A stretch of DNA of 64,000 nt from Octopus bimaculoides (lineage: Eukaryota). Below are positions 25,410 to 37,373 of the stretch, piece by piece. The stretch is taken from positions 27,533,317-27,597,316 of the forward strand of contig NC_068988.1 in the NCBI RefSeq assembly GCF_001194135.2, read 5' to 3'. The notes below the pieces were generated by a model that saw only the letters and a list, made by a program, of their open reading frames with translations, was not told the origin of the DNA and did not search any database. The position numbers and the translations under genes were made by a program. The first letter of the stretch is position 1. Every line of letters starts with the position of its first letter.

Positions 25410-26095
25410 GTGAAGGTGTGTGGCTTGGTGCTTTAGCTCATGATTGTAAAGTTGTGAGTTCGATTCCTGTCAGCACTTTCTGTCCTTGAGCAAGACACTT
25501 TATTTCACATTGGGCCTCATGGAAGCAAAGTGGCAGGAGTTCCTTTCAAGTGTTGGGCCTCACAGAGGCAAAGTGACTGAGTTCTTTTTGAGCGATGAGC
25601 ATCATGGAGGAGGCAAAGTGGCAAAATATCTTTCGAGTGCTGGGCCTCACGGAGGCAAGATTGCTGAGTTCCTTTCAAGCAATGAGCCTCATGGAGGCAA
25701 AGTGGACGAGTTCCTTTCGGTGTCATGCAAATTGCACCTGTGCTGGTGGCATGCAAAGGCACCCATTACACTCTCAGAGTGGTTGGCATTAGGAAGGGCA
25801 TCCAGCCATAGAAAACCATACCAAATCAGACTGGAGCCTGGCGCAGCCTGCTAGCCCAGTCAAACCGTCCAACCCATACCAGCATGGACAATGGACGACT
25901 CAGCTGATAAACATGAGATGTACCTGTAAATCAAAGGGTCAGCCTTATTGCATTCTGTGTCACACTGAATCTCTCTGACAACTACTCTAAGAGTACATGT
26001 GTCTGTGGAGTACTCAGCCACTTAAACATTAATTTCTTGAGTAGGCTGTTCCATTTCATGAGTAGGCTGTCATAACCAACAGAGTGCCACTTAAG
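25410..26095 (+). mobile_element. Composite: SINE C head, 42-nt minisatellite, F tail, then SINE C 3' part
   Basis: C head GAGTTCGATTCC..TTGAGCAAGACACTT, F tail at 25735-25885, and the C 3' part at 25895-26095 homologous to 39180-39365. Confidence 0.8.
25511..25720 (+). repeat. Five-unit ~42-nt minisatellite inside a chimeric SINE/LINE-tail element
   Basis: Units of 43, 42, 45, 42 and ~38 nt, consensus TG(G/A)GCCTCAYGGAGGCAAAGTGRCTGAGTTCCTTTCRAGYR. Confidence 0.9.
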
Positions 26096-26199
26096 ATCAC
26101 AATCTGAATAGGCTTTGCTACATACTGTCTCACCTTTACAAAATAATAAATTGAGACTGATCAATTACATATATCGAGTAAAAATCAACAAAAAAAAAT

Positions 26200-26520
26200 G
26201 TGCAGTAACTTTGCTGTGGAGAGTGAAAAATCCAACTTTTTGGACAGAGTTGACAGGAGAGAGATTAATATCTCTCCTGTCAAGTTTTCTTTGATGAAGC
26301 ACTTGGTTGGATTTTCCATTCCCCATAGCAAAGTCTTTCTGTTGATTTTACTATGTAAAACAAGTCTTGCTGAATCAGACCAACACCAGTCTCATTGGAG
26401 TCTGTGTGATCATATTAAATATATCCGGATGTGTTTCTCTGTGACGAGCCATGTGTATGTCAAAATTTTTCTTCCTAGAATGTTTCATTGTTGTAATGCC
26501 TTACTCACTAACTTGGTTTT
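26200..26520 (-). mobile_element. Possible Tc1/mariner-superfamily transposase relic
   Basis: LHSKINRKTLLWGMENP resembles the recalled L.G.VN..N.R.W..ENP motif that follows the first catalytic Asp. Confidence 0.3.
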
Positions 26521-26584
26521 TTTTTTTTTACTGAATACAATAGCTAAAGACACTGAATCACTGACTGATTTGTACGCAATTATC

Positions 26585-26945
26585 GTTTACTTGTTTCAGT
26601 CATTAGACTGTGGCCATGCTGGGGCACTACCTTGAAGAATTTTTAGTTGAACAAATTGACTCCAGTACTTGTTTTCTTAAGTTTGCTATTTATTCTATCA
26701 GTCTCTTTAACCAAACCACTAAGTTACAGGAACATAAATACACCACAGTAGTGTTTGTCCCCACAGCATCACTTGACAACCAATGTTGGTGGGTTTATGT
26801 CCCCGTAACTTAGTGGTTCAGCAAAAGTGACCGATAGAATAAGCACTAGGCTTACAAAGAATAAGTCCTGGGGTCGAGTTGTTCGACCAAAAGTGGTGCT
26901 CCAGCATGGCCACAGTCAAATAACTGAAACAAATAAAAGAATAAA
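26585..26945. mobile_element. Adjacent inverted pair of SINE A 3' halves (- then +)
   Basis: 26585-26745 is reverse-complementary to ~26785-26940. Confidence 0.85.
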
Positions 26946-27129
26946 ATATAGAAAGGTAACAAAAAAAAACATGCATCCATAATTGTATCCTCCAAAAGCA
27001 ATTCCCTGCCTTGAAAGAGGTAGGTGGGGGGGGGGGCTTAAAATAACACACTCCCTACCAAAATAATAGATGATACTTTTATATCTGGCTGGAAATATTT
27101 TCAAATTTTTATTTTCCTGAACAAAACAT

Positions 27130-27168
<39 letters not shown>

Positions 27169-28221
27169 TGTAATTTTATTTATATTTATTCTATTTTTGT
27201 TTATTTATTGTTAGAATCTTAAAATATTACAAAGATCATTAGCTAAACTACTTAGGTGTTGTATATTTTACTTTCCAATATCTTAATGTTTAAAACACAC
27301 AGCTTTCATCAGTCTAGAGCCACTGTATCAGTGGTATCCATGGTAATGCCTTGTATAATCATTGATTTTGGTGTGAGTAGAGAGAAAGAGAGAAAACAAA
27401 AATATTGTGGACAGTAAAAGTTAGCTGTAATGTACCTAAGACAAGATAAATTTCATACATAATTCAAGAGTATTTTCATTTTCTTATTGTGATGAGTAGG
27501 TTTTAAGATGAAGGCTGTTGATGGACATAGGGTTATAATTTCACCATATCTTTTTGTATTTGTTTGTCTGTTGATAAACACATAAACAGTCTATTCAAGT
27601 CCTATCAAGTTAGCTTTCTGTTCTACTACCAGGATTCAGAAAATTAACACCTGTAATATCGTGAGTTGAGTAGATGAATTATACATATTTCTTTCTTGTA
27701 AAGAAGGAAACGCAGCTAAGAAAAACAAAATATTGCTGGCTTTTAATTAGTATTCTCTTTAGAAAGATTTCCTAACAACAACAACAACAACAAAAAACAC
27801 CATGGGAGTTGCAGAATAAAATCTTGAGTTTTTATTTTATGCTACTCACCTGGTTAATCTGAAGAAGCTGCAAAATATTTCCAGGTACTCTTGGAGAAAT
27901 TTTAAACTATCACATCTGCATTCAACTTTCAGTGATCTAGTTAAAGGTTATATAGTTACAGGGCTATATTTGCTATATTTTTATATTTGTAATTTTTTAT
28001 ATTGTAATTTACATATGGTTTTTCTTAGTTTAGGAAATGAATTAGATTACTTTGTTATAAAAAATTTGGAGATAATTTGGAAAACAACTTATATTTCTAG
28101 TTGTAGCTCAGAGTACAATTTGTGGTAATCTTATCCTCATCTTATAAACTAAATGTATGAATAAAAATCACACCCCCACCACCCACTCTTCTAAAACAGA
28201 AATGGTCATATAGCTTCTCAT

Positions 28222-28410
28222 GGAGGTGCATGTCTTAGTGGTTAGGGTGTTGGACTCATGATCATAAGATTGTAGTTTTGATTCTTGGACCAGGTGATAT
28301 GTTGTGTTCTTGAGCAAAACACTTCATTTCACATTGCTCGAGTCCACTCCACTGGTAAAAGTAAGCAAGTAATCCTGTGATGGACTGGTGTCTCAGCCAG
28401 GCAGGAATAT

Positions 28411-28443
<33 letters not shown>

Positions 28444-28866
28444 GTTTAACGTCCGCTTTCCACGCTAGCATGGGTTTGGACATGCCAGAGAAACCAGGAA
28501 ACTGGCCCTATACTCCTTACAGAGTAATGTGGACTAACCACCACCCATGTATCTTCTCTACGGCAAGAAATCTGTTCTGCTCTGACCCTTTTCTCTCATA
28601 TTCTACCCCTTATTCTCCTAGCATAAAGCTCCCCACCCCCAAGGCTTGCATGCTGCTTTGTGACCTCACTAGTGCTGGCAGCACAAAAGAAGCACTTGGT
28701 ACATGCTCTATTGTAAAGTGATTAGTGTTTGGAAGGGCATCCAGCCACTAAAAACTAAACCAAAGCAGACACTAGAGCACAGCACAGTCCTTGATCTCAT
28801 CAGATCTTGTTAAACCATCCAATCCATGCCAACATGGACTACACACGTTAAATGATGATGATGATA
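28222..28866 (+). mobile_element. SINE C head (28222-28385), short F(-) tail, then F(+) 28480-28866
   Basis: Family matches. Confidence 0.7.
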
Positions 28867-30291
28867 AATCATCCTATGAAGTGTATTTGGTTATGAATTC
28901 AACTAATATCATTGGTAATATAAATACAAACTCTGGCTGTTGAAGTATTTGTATTTGAAAACAGAGGCCTCACGGATATCAATCATGGGGTGGAATGAGA
29001 CAATTGGGAATGATTGCTTGAATGCTGAAGTGGGGGCACTTTTGGGTCTGCTGTATATAATGTGTTTTTTGTAGGCTCTCGGGGTGGCAAACGAAAGGGC
29101 TGCCCTGGGTAGCACACACTCTAGCTATGCTAGTGCTTACAGGTACATACAAGTAGAATAAGAGATATTACACGTACATACGTACAAACACAAGTTGATG
29201 TACACACCCATAAACAGAGAGAGAGAGAGAGAGAGAACAAAAGAAACATTAAAATGTCTGATGTCAAATGAGTCAGCATTGAATCAGTGATGCCAAATAG
29301 ATGGCACCAAAACGTCTGTGCCAAAAACATCTCCTACCTACCAAGTAGGAATATGTTGCAAGAATCCTTTTTAAGTGGGGTTGAAGAAATTTCCTATCAT
29401 TTGCCATATTTAAATATTTTTGAAGAATTTGCTTTAGCTTTAAGCAATTAATTCATGTTTATGCCAGGCTCGTTCATTAGAACAAGTTTATATGTATTTT
29501 AAACTTCGTTCAGATACAGAGAAGATATGATAATAATAAAAAGTAAAAAAAAAACCCCTTAAATGTATTTTCAATGTGTTTTTAATTTTAGATAGAATTA
29601 ATATATTGAAAATCATTCTGGGTTTCTTTTTTCCTTTGTTTGTTGCTATCCAACATTTAAGAAGATAGATGTATATTGAAATTATTTTTCAATAATGTAC
29701 TTTTACCAGGAAAGACATTATAAACTGGTAGTTTTTAGTCAGCTTTTGTCAAGTAAATATGTTACAGGAACAGCTGTTTGAACACTTGGGCTGAAGCCAA
29801 AATTTCAACATAAAGAATTTGATTAAGACTTTTCACCATTTATTTCCATATGCTACTGTAACTTTATTAATTCAAAAGGGATAAAATTTGACCCTAAGCT
29901 TGATTTTAAATCAGAAATGCAAGCGATCAAACAGCTCATTAAATCATAGATTTTAATTGAGTATTCCAATACTTTTTCCAGGCAATGTTATATTAAAATT
30001 GGGAATGGATAGGATAAGAAAGCAAGATAATACATAGCAGTGAGTGGTGGATAAAATCCAACGTAAATGTTTAGAAACATATTCCTATTTTGAAATTGGC
30101 AATTATCTGAAATTTCTAAAGCCCCTTACCCTGAAATTTAAGACATTAATAACTGTACTGTGCTTATATCTTCACAAGTGCTTTAAAACATTTCAAACTA
30201 ATTAAGAATTTCAACATTATCAACACATTTCTAGAAGGCACTGCTAACAGCAGCCAGTTGGTGTGCATATATATATTCAATACAGAGAACA

Positions 30292-30292
<1 letters not shown>

Positions 30293-30353
<61 letters not shown>
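30293..30353. repeat. (TAC)n microsatellite
   Basis: About 20 uninterrupted units. Confidence 0.95.
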
Positions 30354-30355
<2 letters not shown>

Positions 30356-30792
30356 AGGTTGTTTACAAACCAGTTTCTCTGTTCTATTGACCAACTCTCC
30401 TTCATTTCCTATGGTTCACAGTCTGTCTGATCAATGCACACATTTCAGCGACCGTAATAACAATGAACACAATAACATTTTTCAGAATACTCTATAGTGA
30501 CAGAATATGTTACAACACCCTTGAGTAACAGATGTGCTTGTTTTCATGATAGTCTATTGCAAACGTCAACTACCGTGTCACAATATATTGAGCCATGTAT
30601 GGTTTTGTAAGTGTGTCATAATTTCAGGAGGTAAGTAAAAATTAAAAAAAAAAAAGAAGTGAATATTTTAAAATATTTTTGTTTTAAAAGCTCCCACTAA
30701 AGTGCAAATGAATTTCTTTGCTGCAAAGTACAATGTATGTATGTGTGTGTTTGTGTGTGTGACTGTCTTATGCAGGCTCTGTCTACTAAATT

Positions 30793-31830
30793 GAGTGGCT
30801 GTGTGGTAAGTAGCTTGCTTACCAACCACATGATTCCAGGTTCAGTCCCACTGCGTGGGACCTTGGGCAAATGTCTTCTGCTATAGCCTCGGTCCGACCA
30901 AAGCCTTGTGAGTGGATTTGGTAGACGGGAACTGAAAGAAGCTCATTGTATATATNNNNNNNNNNNNNNNNNNNNNNNNNNNNNNNNNNNNNNNNNNNNN
31001 NNNNNNNNNNNNNNNNNNNNNNNNNNNNNNNNNNNNNNNNNNNNNNNNNNNNNNNNNNNNNNNNNNNNNNNNNNNNNNNNNNNNNNNNNNNNNNNNNNNN
31101 NNNNNNNNNNNNNNNNNNNNNNNNNNNNNNNNNATATATATATATATATATATATATAATATGTATGTATATGTTTGTGTGTCTATTTGTCCCCCTCCCT
31201 CATCACTTGACAACCAATGCTGGTGTGTTTACGTCCCCATAACTTAGCGGTTCGGCAAAAGAGACCAATAGAATAAGTACTAGGCCTACAAAGAATACAT
31301 CCTGGGGTCAATTTTCTTGACTAAAGGCGGTGCTCCAGCATGGCTGCAGTCAAATCTGAAACAGGTAAAAGAATAAAAGAATAAGGACACTTGCCCAAGG
31401 TGCTGTGCAACAGGACTGAACCTGAAACGATTCATTTGATTTGTTTTTTTGTTTTTTTAATATTTTAGAGCAACTATGAGTGTGTGGTTAAGAAGCTTGC
31501 TTTGCAACCACATGGTTTCAGGTTCAGTGGTTCAGTCCCACTGCCCAGCACCTTGGGAAAGTGTCTTGTACTATAACCCTAGACTGACCAGTGCCTTGTG
31601 AGTGAATTTGGTAGACAGAAATTGTGTGGAAACTTGTGTGGAAACTTGTGTGGAAACCTGTGTGTGTTTCTCCCCACTGCCACTGACACTTAGAAAAGAA
31701 ACTGTTAGTACAAGGACTAAACTTAAAAAAATAAATGCTGGGCTTCATTTGTTTAATTAAAGCTTTCAAGGAATTGCTCCAGCATGGCTGCAATCCAATA
31801 ACTGTAACAAGTAAAAGATAAAAGAAAAAA
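30793..31830 (+). mobile_element. Two SINE A copies (30793-31385 spanning a gap; 31470-31830)
   Basis: Family matches; the second copy has three tandem repeats of TGTGTGGAAACT. Confidence 0.9.
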
Positions 31831-32941
31831 TACTCTTAAAAAGCTGATGATGTTGCCACAAGACTTTTGGTATCTTATTCAATGTGCTATAGAGTGAAGA
31901 AAGGTTGAAAAATCACAGGCCTTTAGTAATATGGCTATTTTAGTAGCAAAACTAAAACTTACACCTGAATTTTCTTAGTACATAACAGAAAAGGGACAGT
32001 ATTAACTATACAATTAGGTGTCCCTGGTACATGGTTCTCTGAAAGCCATGTACTCTGGATCTTTAGGGTACCTTGTAAATTACAAGACATAACAATACAC
32101 CAGAAGCCTGTCTAGCTAGGAGCAAGATGGTTTTCATTACAAGCTGCAAGTTATATAATAATAATAATAATGATAATGATAAATACAACAGGCTGGACAG
32201 ATAAAAGGCAAATTTTCATTGTTGAGTACATAAAAATGTAATTAGTTATCTGTTAAAATCTAACTTATCTGCTTTTGAAGGTACCTTTTCTTTTGAAATG
32301 AAGACTAGTCTATTTTTGTGATTGACTTAAAAGACTTACACACACTCTCACTCAAAATACCACAACTAATGAGATATGATGTGAAACTGTGTCAATTATT
32401 TTGAATATTTTATACATTTGTTTTTGTTTTATATTCTCTTTAGAACTTTGATCTTATTTGGTATTTCTAACGATTTAATTTGATACTTTTACTGTTTATT
32501 TACCATTAAACAAACAGATTTTTATTTTTTATGTCAGCTATTCATTTCATCTTTAGACACTTATTTCAGTATGTATAAAATTAAGAAAAGAAAAAGGCAC
32601 GTGATTATTTAAATAAAAAAAAAATGATAATAATGAGAGATGAATTATTTTGTCAGCATAAGTTAAGATTTTTTCCTCTCTTAGGAACCAATACGAAATC
32701 CTGGCAACTAAAAATTTTGGGACCATCAAATGCTATAGAAATTATGTGACTTGACTAGTCATGAAACATGAGAATTTTCTGTTTAATCTCCGAAACTAAA
32801 ATACCCTACTTAAGGGACGGTTTCAAATTTGTGTCTACGGTTTTCTTCCTTCGTATTTTTATCAGAAACATTACTATTCTCTTATTCTACCGCCCGTCTC
32901 TCTCCCTCTCTCTCTCTCTTTCTCATATATATATATATATA

Positions 32942-33590
32942 TACTCTTTTACTCTTTCAATCATTTGACTGTGGCCATGCTGGAGCACCGCCTTTAGTCG
33001 AGCAAATCAACCAGGACTAATTCTTTGTAAGCTTAGTACTTATTCTATCGGTCTCTTTTTGCCGAACCGCTAAGTTACGGGGACGTAAACACACCAGCAT
33101 CGGTTGTTAGGCGATGGTGGGGGGATAAGCACAGACACACAAACACACATACACACATATATATCTACATATATACGATAGGCTTCTTTCAGTTTCTGTC
33201 TACCAAATCCACTCACAAGGCTTTGGTCGGCCCGAGGCTATAGTAGAAGACACTTGCCCAAGGTGCCACGCAGTGGGACTGAACCTGGAACCATGTATGT
33301 GGTTGGAAAGCAAGCTACTTACCACACAGCCACTCCTGCGCCAATGCTGGAGCACCGCCTTTAGTCAAACAAATCAACCCCCAGGACTCATTCTTTGCAA
33401 GTCTAGTATTTATCCTATCGGTCTCTTAGGCACCAGTGACATTGCAACTCATTTCTACGGCTGGGTGAACTGGAACAACATGAAATAAAGTGTCTTGCTC
33501 AAGAACACAACATGCAGCCTGGTCAGGGAATCGAACGCACAGCCTCACAGTTGTAAGCTCGAAACTCTAACCACTGAGCCATGCACCCTC
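32942..33590 (-). mobile_element. Young SINE A (32942-33342), extra A 3' piece, and SINE C head (33430-33590)
   Basis: CpG-retaining, near-consensus copy. Confidence 0.9.
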
Positions 33591-33638
<48 letters not shown>

Positions 33639-34579
33639 TTCCGATCTTCTCAAGCACAGAATATTGTCAGTTGTTCTTCATTATATATATAATGGTTTTT
33701 AGTCATTCAAAGCATTTAAGGGTTCAATCAGTTGTATTGTTTCTAACCACCATATTTAATGGCATAAAGGATTCGCGAGCATATCAGATGCATCCATATT
33801 TCAGCAGTGCATATTGAGGGGAAAAAATGTTTTTAATGCATAATAGCTTATGGAAGTCCCAACTTCACATGTAGGGCCTGGGGTGATTGTTTTTAAACTT
33901 TTTTGTGTGAAAGAAGAAATACGTCTTATATGCTATATAGAGTATGGTACTTATTGAAGTCTCTGGTATTTACTTTATTAATATCTGTTTATCACACTGC
34001 TAAGTGGTAAGATTTAAATAGACACTGCACAACCAACTGTACTGAAATATAAGCATGAACATAGATACACTACATGTACAGAGACACATACACACATACA
34101 GCAGGCTTCTGCACAGTTTCCAACAACACTGAATTCCACTCAATGTATTAAGCAAACTGAAGCTGTGACAGAATGCACTTGCCCAAGCTATTGCACATTG
34201 AGAGTGAACCTAGACTCACATGGTTACAAAACAATGCACCGAACTTCCTAAACAATGCACTGTGCTATTTTTAGAAAAGTGATTTACAAAGAAAGTAGGT
34301 TACAGCAATGAGGAGAAGAAGAGATCTACACAAAGTGTAACATGGAAATAATATTTCATGTCATTCATGTGTATCAAAAGATTAACAAAAAGTGCCATTC
34401 AGGACAACATCAGCTAAACAGAAAATATTGTGAGTGTCTGAAAGTAACAGATATTGAAAGGTGTGGAAAAATAATGTGAATTTAGTACAACCTTTATAGA
34501 AGCCGTAAGTTGAGGAGACATGGAGATTGTTAAAACTGAAAATAGTGATCGGAGAATTTAACATACATATGGTTAAATT

Positions 34580-34751
34580 GATATGTGGTTAAGAAGCTTG
34601 CTTCCCAACTATGTGGTCTCAGGTTTAATCTCATTGCATGACACCTTGGGCAAGTATCTTCTACTATAACCTTAGGTCAACCAAAGCCTTGTGAATGGAT
34701 TTAGTAGATAGAAACTGAAAGAAGCCCACCATGTGCATATATATATATATA
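34580..34751 (+). mobile_element. SINE A 5' half running into the gap
   Basis: Family match. Confidence 0.85.
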
Positions 34752-35145
34752 NNNNNNNNNNNNNNNNNNNNNNNNNNNNNNNNNNNNNNNNNNNNNNNNN
34801 NNNNNNNNNNNNNNNNNNNNNNNNNNNNNNNNNNNNNNNNNNNNNNNNNNNNNNNNNNNNNNNNNNNNNNNNNNNNNNNNNNNNNNNNNNNNNNNNNNNN
34901 NNNNNNNNNNNNNNNNNNNNNNNNNNNNNNNNNNNNNNNNNNNNNNNNNNNNNNNNNNNNNNNNNNNNNNNNNNNNNNNNNNNNNNNNNNNNNNNNNNNN
35001 NNNNNNNNNNNNNNNNNNNNNNNNNNNNNNNNNNNNNNNNNNNNNNNNNNNNNNNNNNNNNNNNNNNNNNNNNNNNNNNNNNNNNNNNNNNNNNNNNNNN
35101 NNNNNNNNNNNNNNNNNNNNNNNNNNNNNNNNNNNNNNNNNNNNN
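34752..35145. other. Assembly gap (others: 968-977, 7942-8309, 10324-10719, 14766-14775, 30956-31133, 36770-37247, 46399-46941, 62205-62237)
   Basis: N runs; most sit in or beside repeats, microsatellites or homopolymers. Confidence 0.99.
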
Positions 35146-35158
35146 CCTCTCTTTTCAA

Positions 35159-35232
35159 TGGCCAGATAACTGAAGAGATAGCGGCGTGGGTTTCTGCCCC
35201 GGCATCCGAAACTTGGAGTTTTATCATGGCTA
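35159..35232 (+). ncRNA. Type I hammerhead ribozyme (Penelope-like or retrozyme type)
   Basis: TGGCCA-GATAA | CTGAAGA | stem II | GAA | ACT-TGG-AGT | T | TTATC-A-TGGCTA. All conserved core nucleotides are present, stem I is 5+6 bp with one bulge, stem III is 3 bp, and the GUU cleavage site follows 35220. Confidence 0.75.
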
Positions 35233-35244
35233 CCGAATACGTGT

Positions 35245-35280
<36 letters not shown>

Positions 35281-35284
35281 CATA

Positions 35285-35920
35285 CATAGACACACAGACG
35301 ACCAGCTTCCACAGTAACATCTGACCAAATGCAGTGGTCAGTGCAGGGCTATAGTAGAAAACACTTGATCAAGGTGCCACACAATGGCACCTAACCCAAC
35401 ACCATGTGGTTGCTTCTTAACCAAGCAGCCATGCCTTCATTATTTTCAAAATTAATTGAGACAAAGATGGTGTAATTTAAGAGAAATAGTAATGACGAGA
35501 TAAATGTTATGCAAAATCTTACCTGTTTATTGTTCTAAATCATTAAACCATGAGCTTCAATTACATGAATTTAAGTGGTTCCAACTGGAACTCTGTTGGC
35601 CAACAGAGTGTGGCTATGACAATGAGGGTTCCAGTTGATCCAATCAACAGAACAGCCTGCTCATGAAGTTAATGTGCAAGTGGTTGAGTACTCCACAGAC
35701 ATGTGTGCCCTTAATGTAGTTCTCAACGAGATTCAGCATGACAAAATGTAACAAGACTGACCTTTTGAATTACAGGTACTACCAATTTTTGCCAGCTTGA
35801 GTGGACTGGAGGAATGTGAAATAAAGTGTCTTGCTCAAGGACAAAACAGGCCACTGGGAATTGAACTCATAGCCTTATGACCACAAGACAAATAACCTCA
35901 CCACTAAGCTATGTGCCTTC
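35285..35920 (-). mobile_element. SINE A head (35285-35435) and full SINE C (35585-35920)
   Basis: Reverse-complement matches to 39051-39365 and the A head. Confidence 0.8.
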
Positions 35921-37303
35921 ATTTCCAACAATTATATCCTCATCTACAGAATTAGCCTCCTTGTGCTCGGTTAGTTAAAAGAAACCTTTATCGTCAGATT
36001 TATAAGAGTACTCATCACTATTATCATCATCATCATTAACATCATAATCATTTTTGTTTCGTTATTTATTCTAAAATGTCTAAAATTCCTCATAGCCTCA
36101 AACTGAGGCAACCTTTAATATTTTACATCTTTACTGCGATTTCTAACTGGATAGTTTGATTTCCTCATCAGCTTTTTTTTTTTTCTTTTTAAACACCATT
36201 TATGCTTACAAATCAATATATATATATATTTTTTTATTGATCTGTTGGCTTCATTATATTAGCCATCTTTCAGTCGTAACTGCCTCCCCGTTCAAGACTG
36301 GACTTTTTTCTGCAACTTTAAGCTATAATTTGCATTTAAAATTTTCAAAATACTTTCTTAACTTTTTGAATAAAAGATTTTCATGCATGACTGAAACCGA
36401 CACTTTTTCTCTTTACTTGTTGTTTAGATTTCTCTTATTTACCAATTTTGTTAGGTTTTCATCTGTTTTTAGGCCATTACACGTTTGTAAGTTCTAATGT
36501 ATAAGCTAGTGGAAGTCACTTTGCAATTTTATTTTATCATCATTATTATTATTATTTTATTGTTATTATTTGTATCTTTTAAATTTTCATGGTGTTCATG
36601 AAAAATTGCTCTATAAAAGCATTAAAAACTGACAATTTTTCCTGTAAATGTAATTTGTAATTCTAATATGAGGTTTTGTTTTTGAAATTGTATGCTAGAT
36701 TCATTGAAAATTAGTTTGGCTCAGTATTAAAAAAGCAAACTAAAACTAGTGTACAGATCATTTGTATCANNNNNNNNNNNNNNNNNNNNNNNNNNNNNNN
36801 NNNNNNNNNNNNNNNNNNNNNNNNNNNNNNNNNNNNNNNNNNNNNNNNNNNNNNNNNNNNNNNNNNNNNNNNNNNNNNNNNNNNNNNNNNNNNNNNNNNN
36901 NNNNNNNNNNNNNNNNNNNNNNNNNNNNNNNNNNNNNNNNNNNNNNNNNNNNNNNNNNNNNNNNNNNNNNNNNNNNNNNNNNNNNNNNNNNNNNNNNNNN
37001 NNNNNNNNNNNNNNNNNNNNNNNNNNNNNNNNNNNNNNNNNNNNNNNNNNNNNNNNNNNNNNNNNNNNNNNNNNNNNNNNNNNNNNNNNNNNNNNNNNNN
37101 NNNNNNNNNNNNNNNNNNNNNNNNNNNNNNNNNNNNNNNNNNNNNNNNNNNNNNNNNNNNNNNNNNNNNNNNNNNNNNNNNNNNNNNNNNNNNNNNNNNN
37201 NNNNNNNNNNNNNNNNNNNNNNNNNNNNNNNNNNNNNNNNNNNNNNNTTTGTTATCTAGTCTCAGTTTAATAGCAGCTTTGTGATTTGCACATTTGTATT
37301 TTT

Positions 37304-37373
37304 ATCATCATCATCATTTAACATCCACTTTCCATGCTAGCATGGAAAGTGGATGTTAAATGACGATGATGAT
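37304..37373. repeat. 70-bp palindrome built from two head-to-head RTE-type 3' tails
   Basis: 35-bp arms with one mismatch and no spacer, centred on CCATGCTAGCATGG; ends in (ATC)n and (GAT)n. Confidence 0.95.

Noticed and set aside
25511-25720. CRISPR-like array
   Set aside because: Contiguous degenerate tandem units without unique spacers, in eukaryotic DNA.
27280-27320. Minus-strand CTGATGA..TAAAC.ATT hammerhead-like string
   Set aside because: GAAAC and GUH are both altered and stem I does not form.
30628-30636. TTTCAG-GAG-GTAAGT possible 3-nt micro-exon or exon end
   Set aside because: It cannot be tied to a frame-compatible exon from sequence alone.
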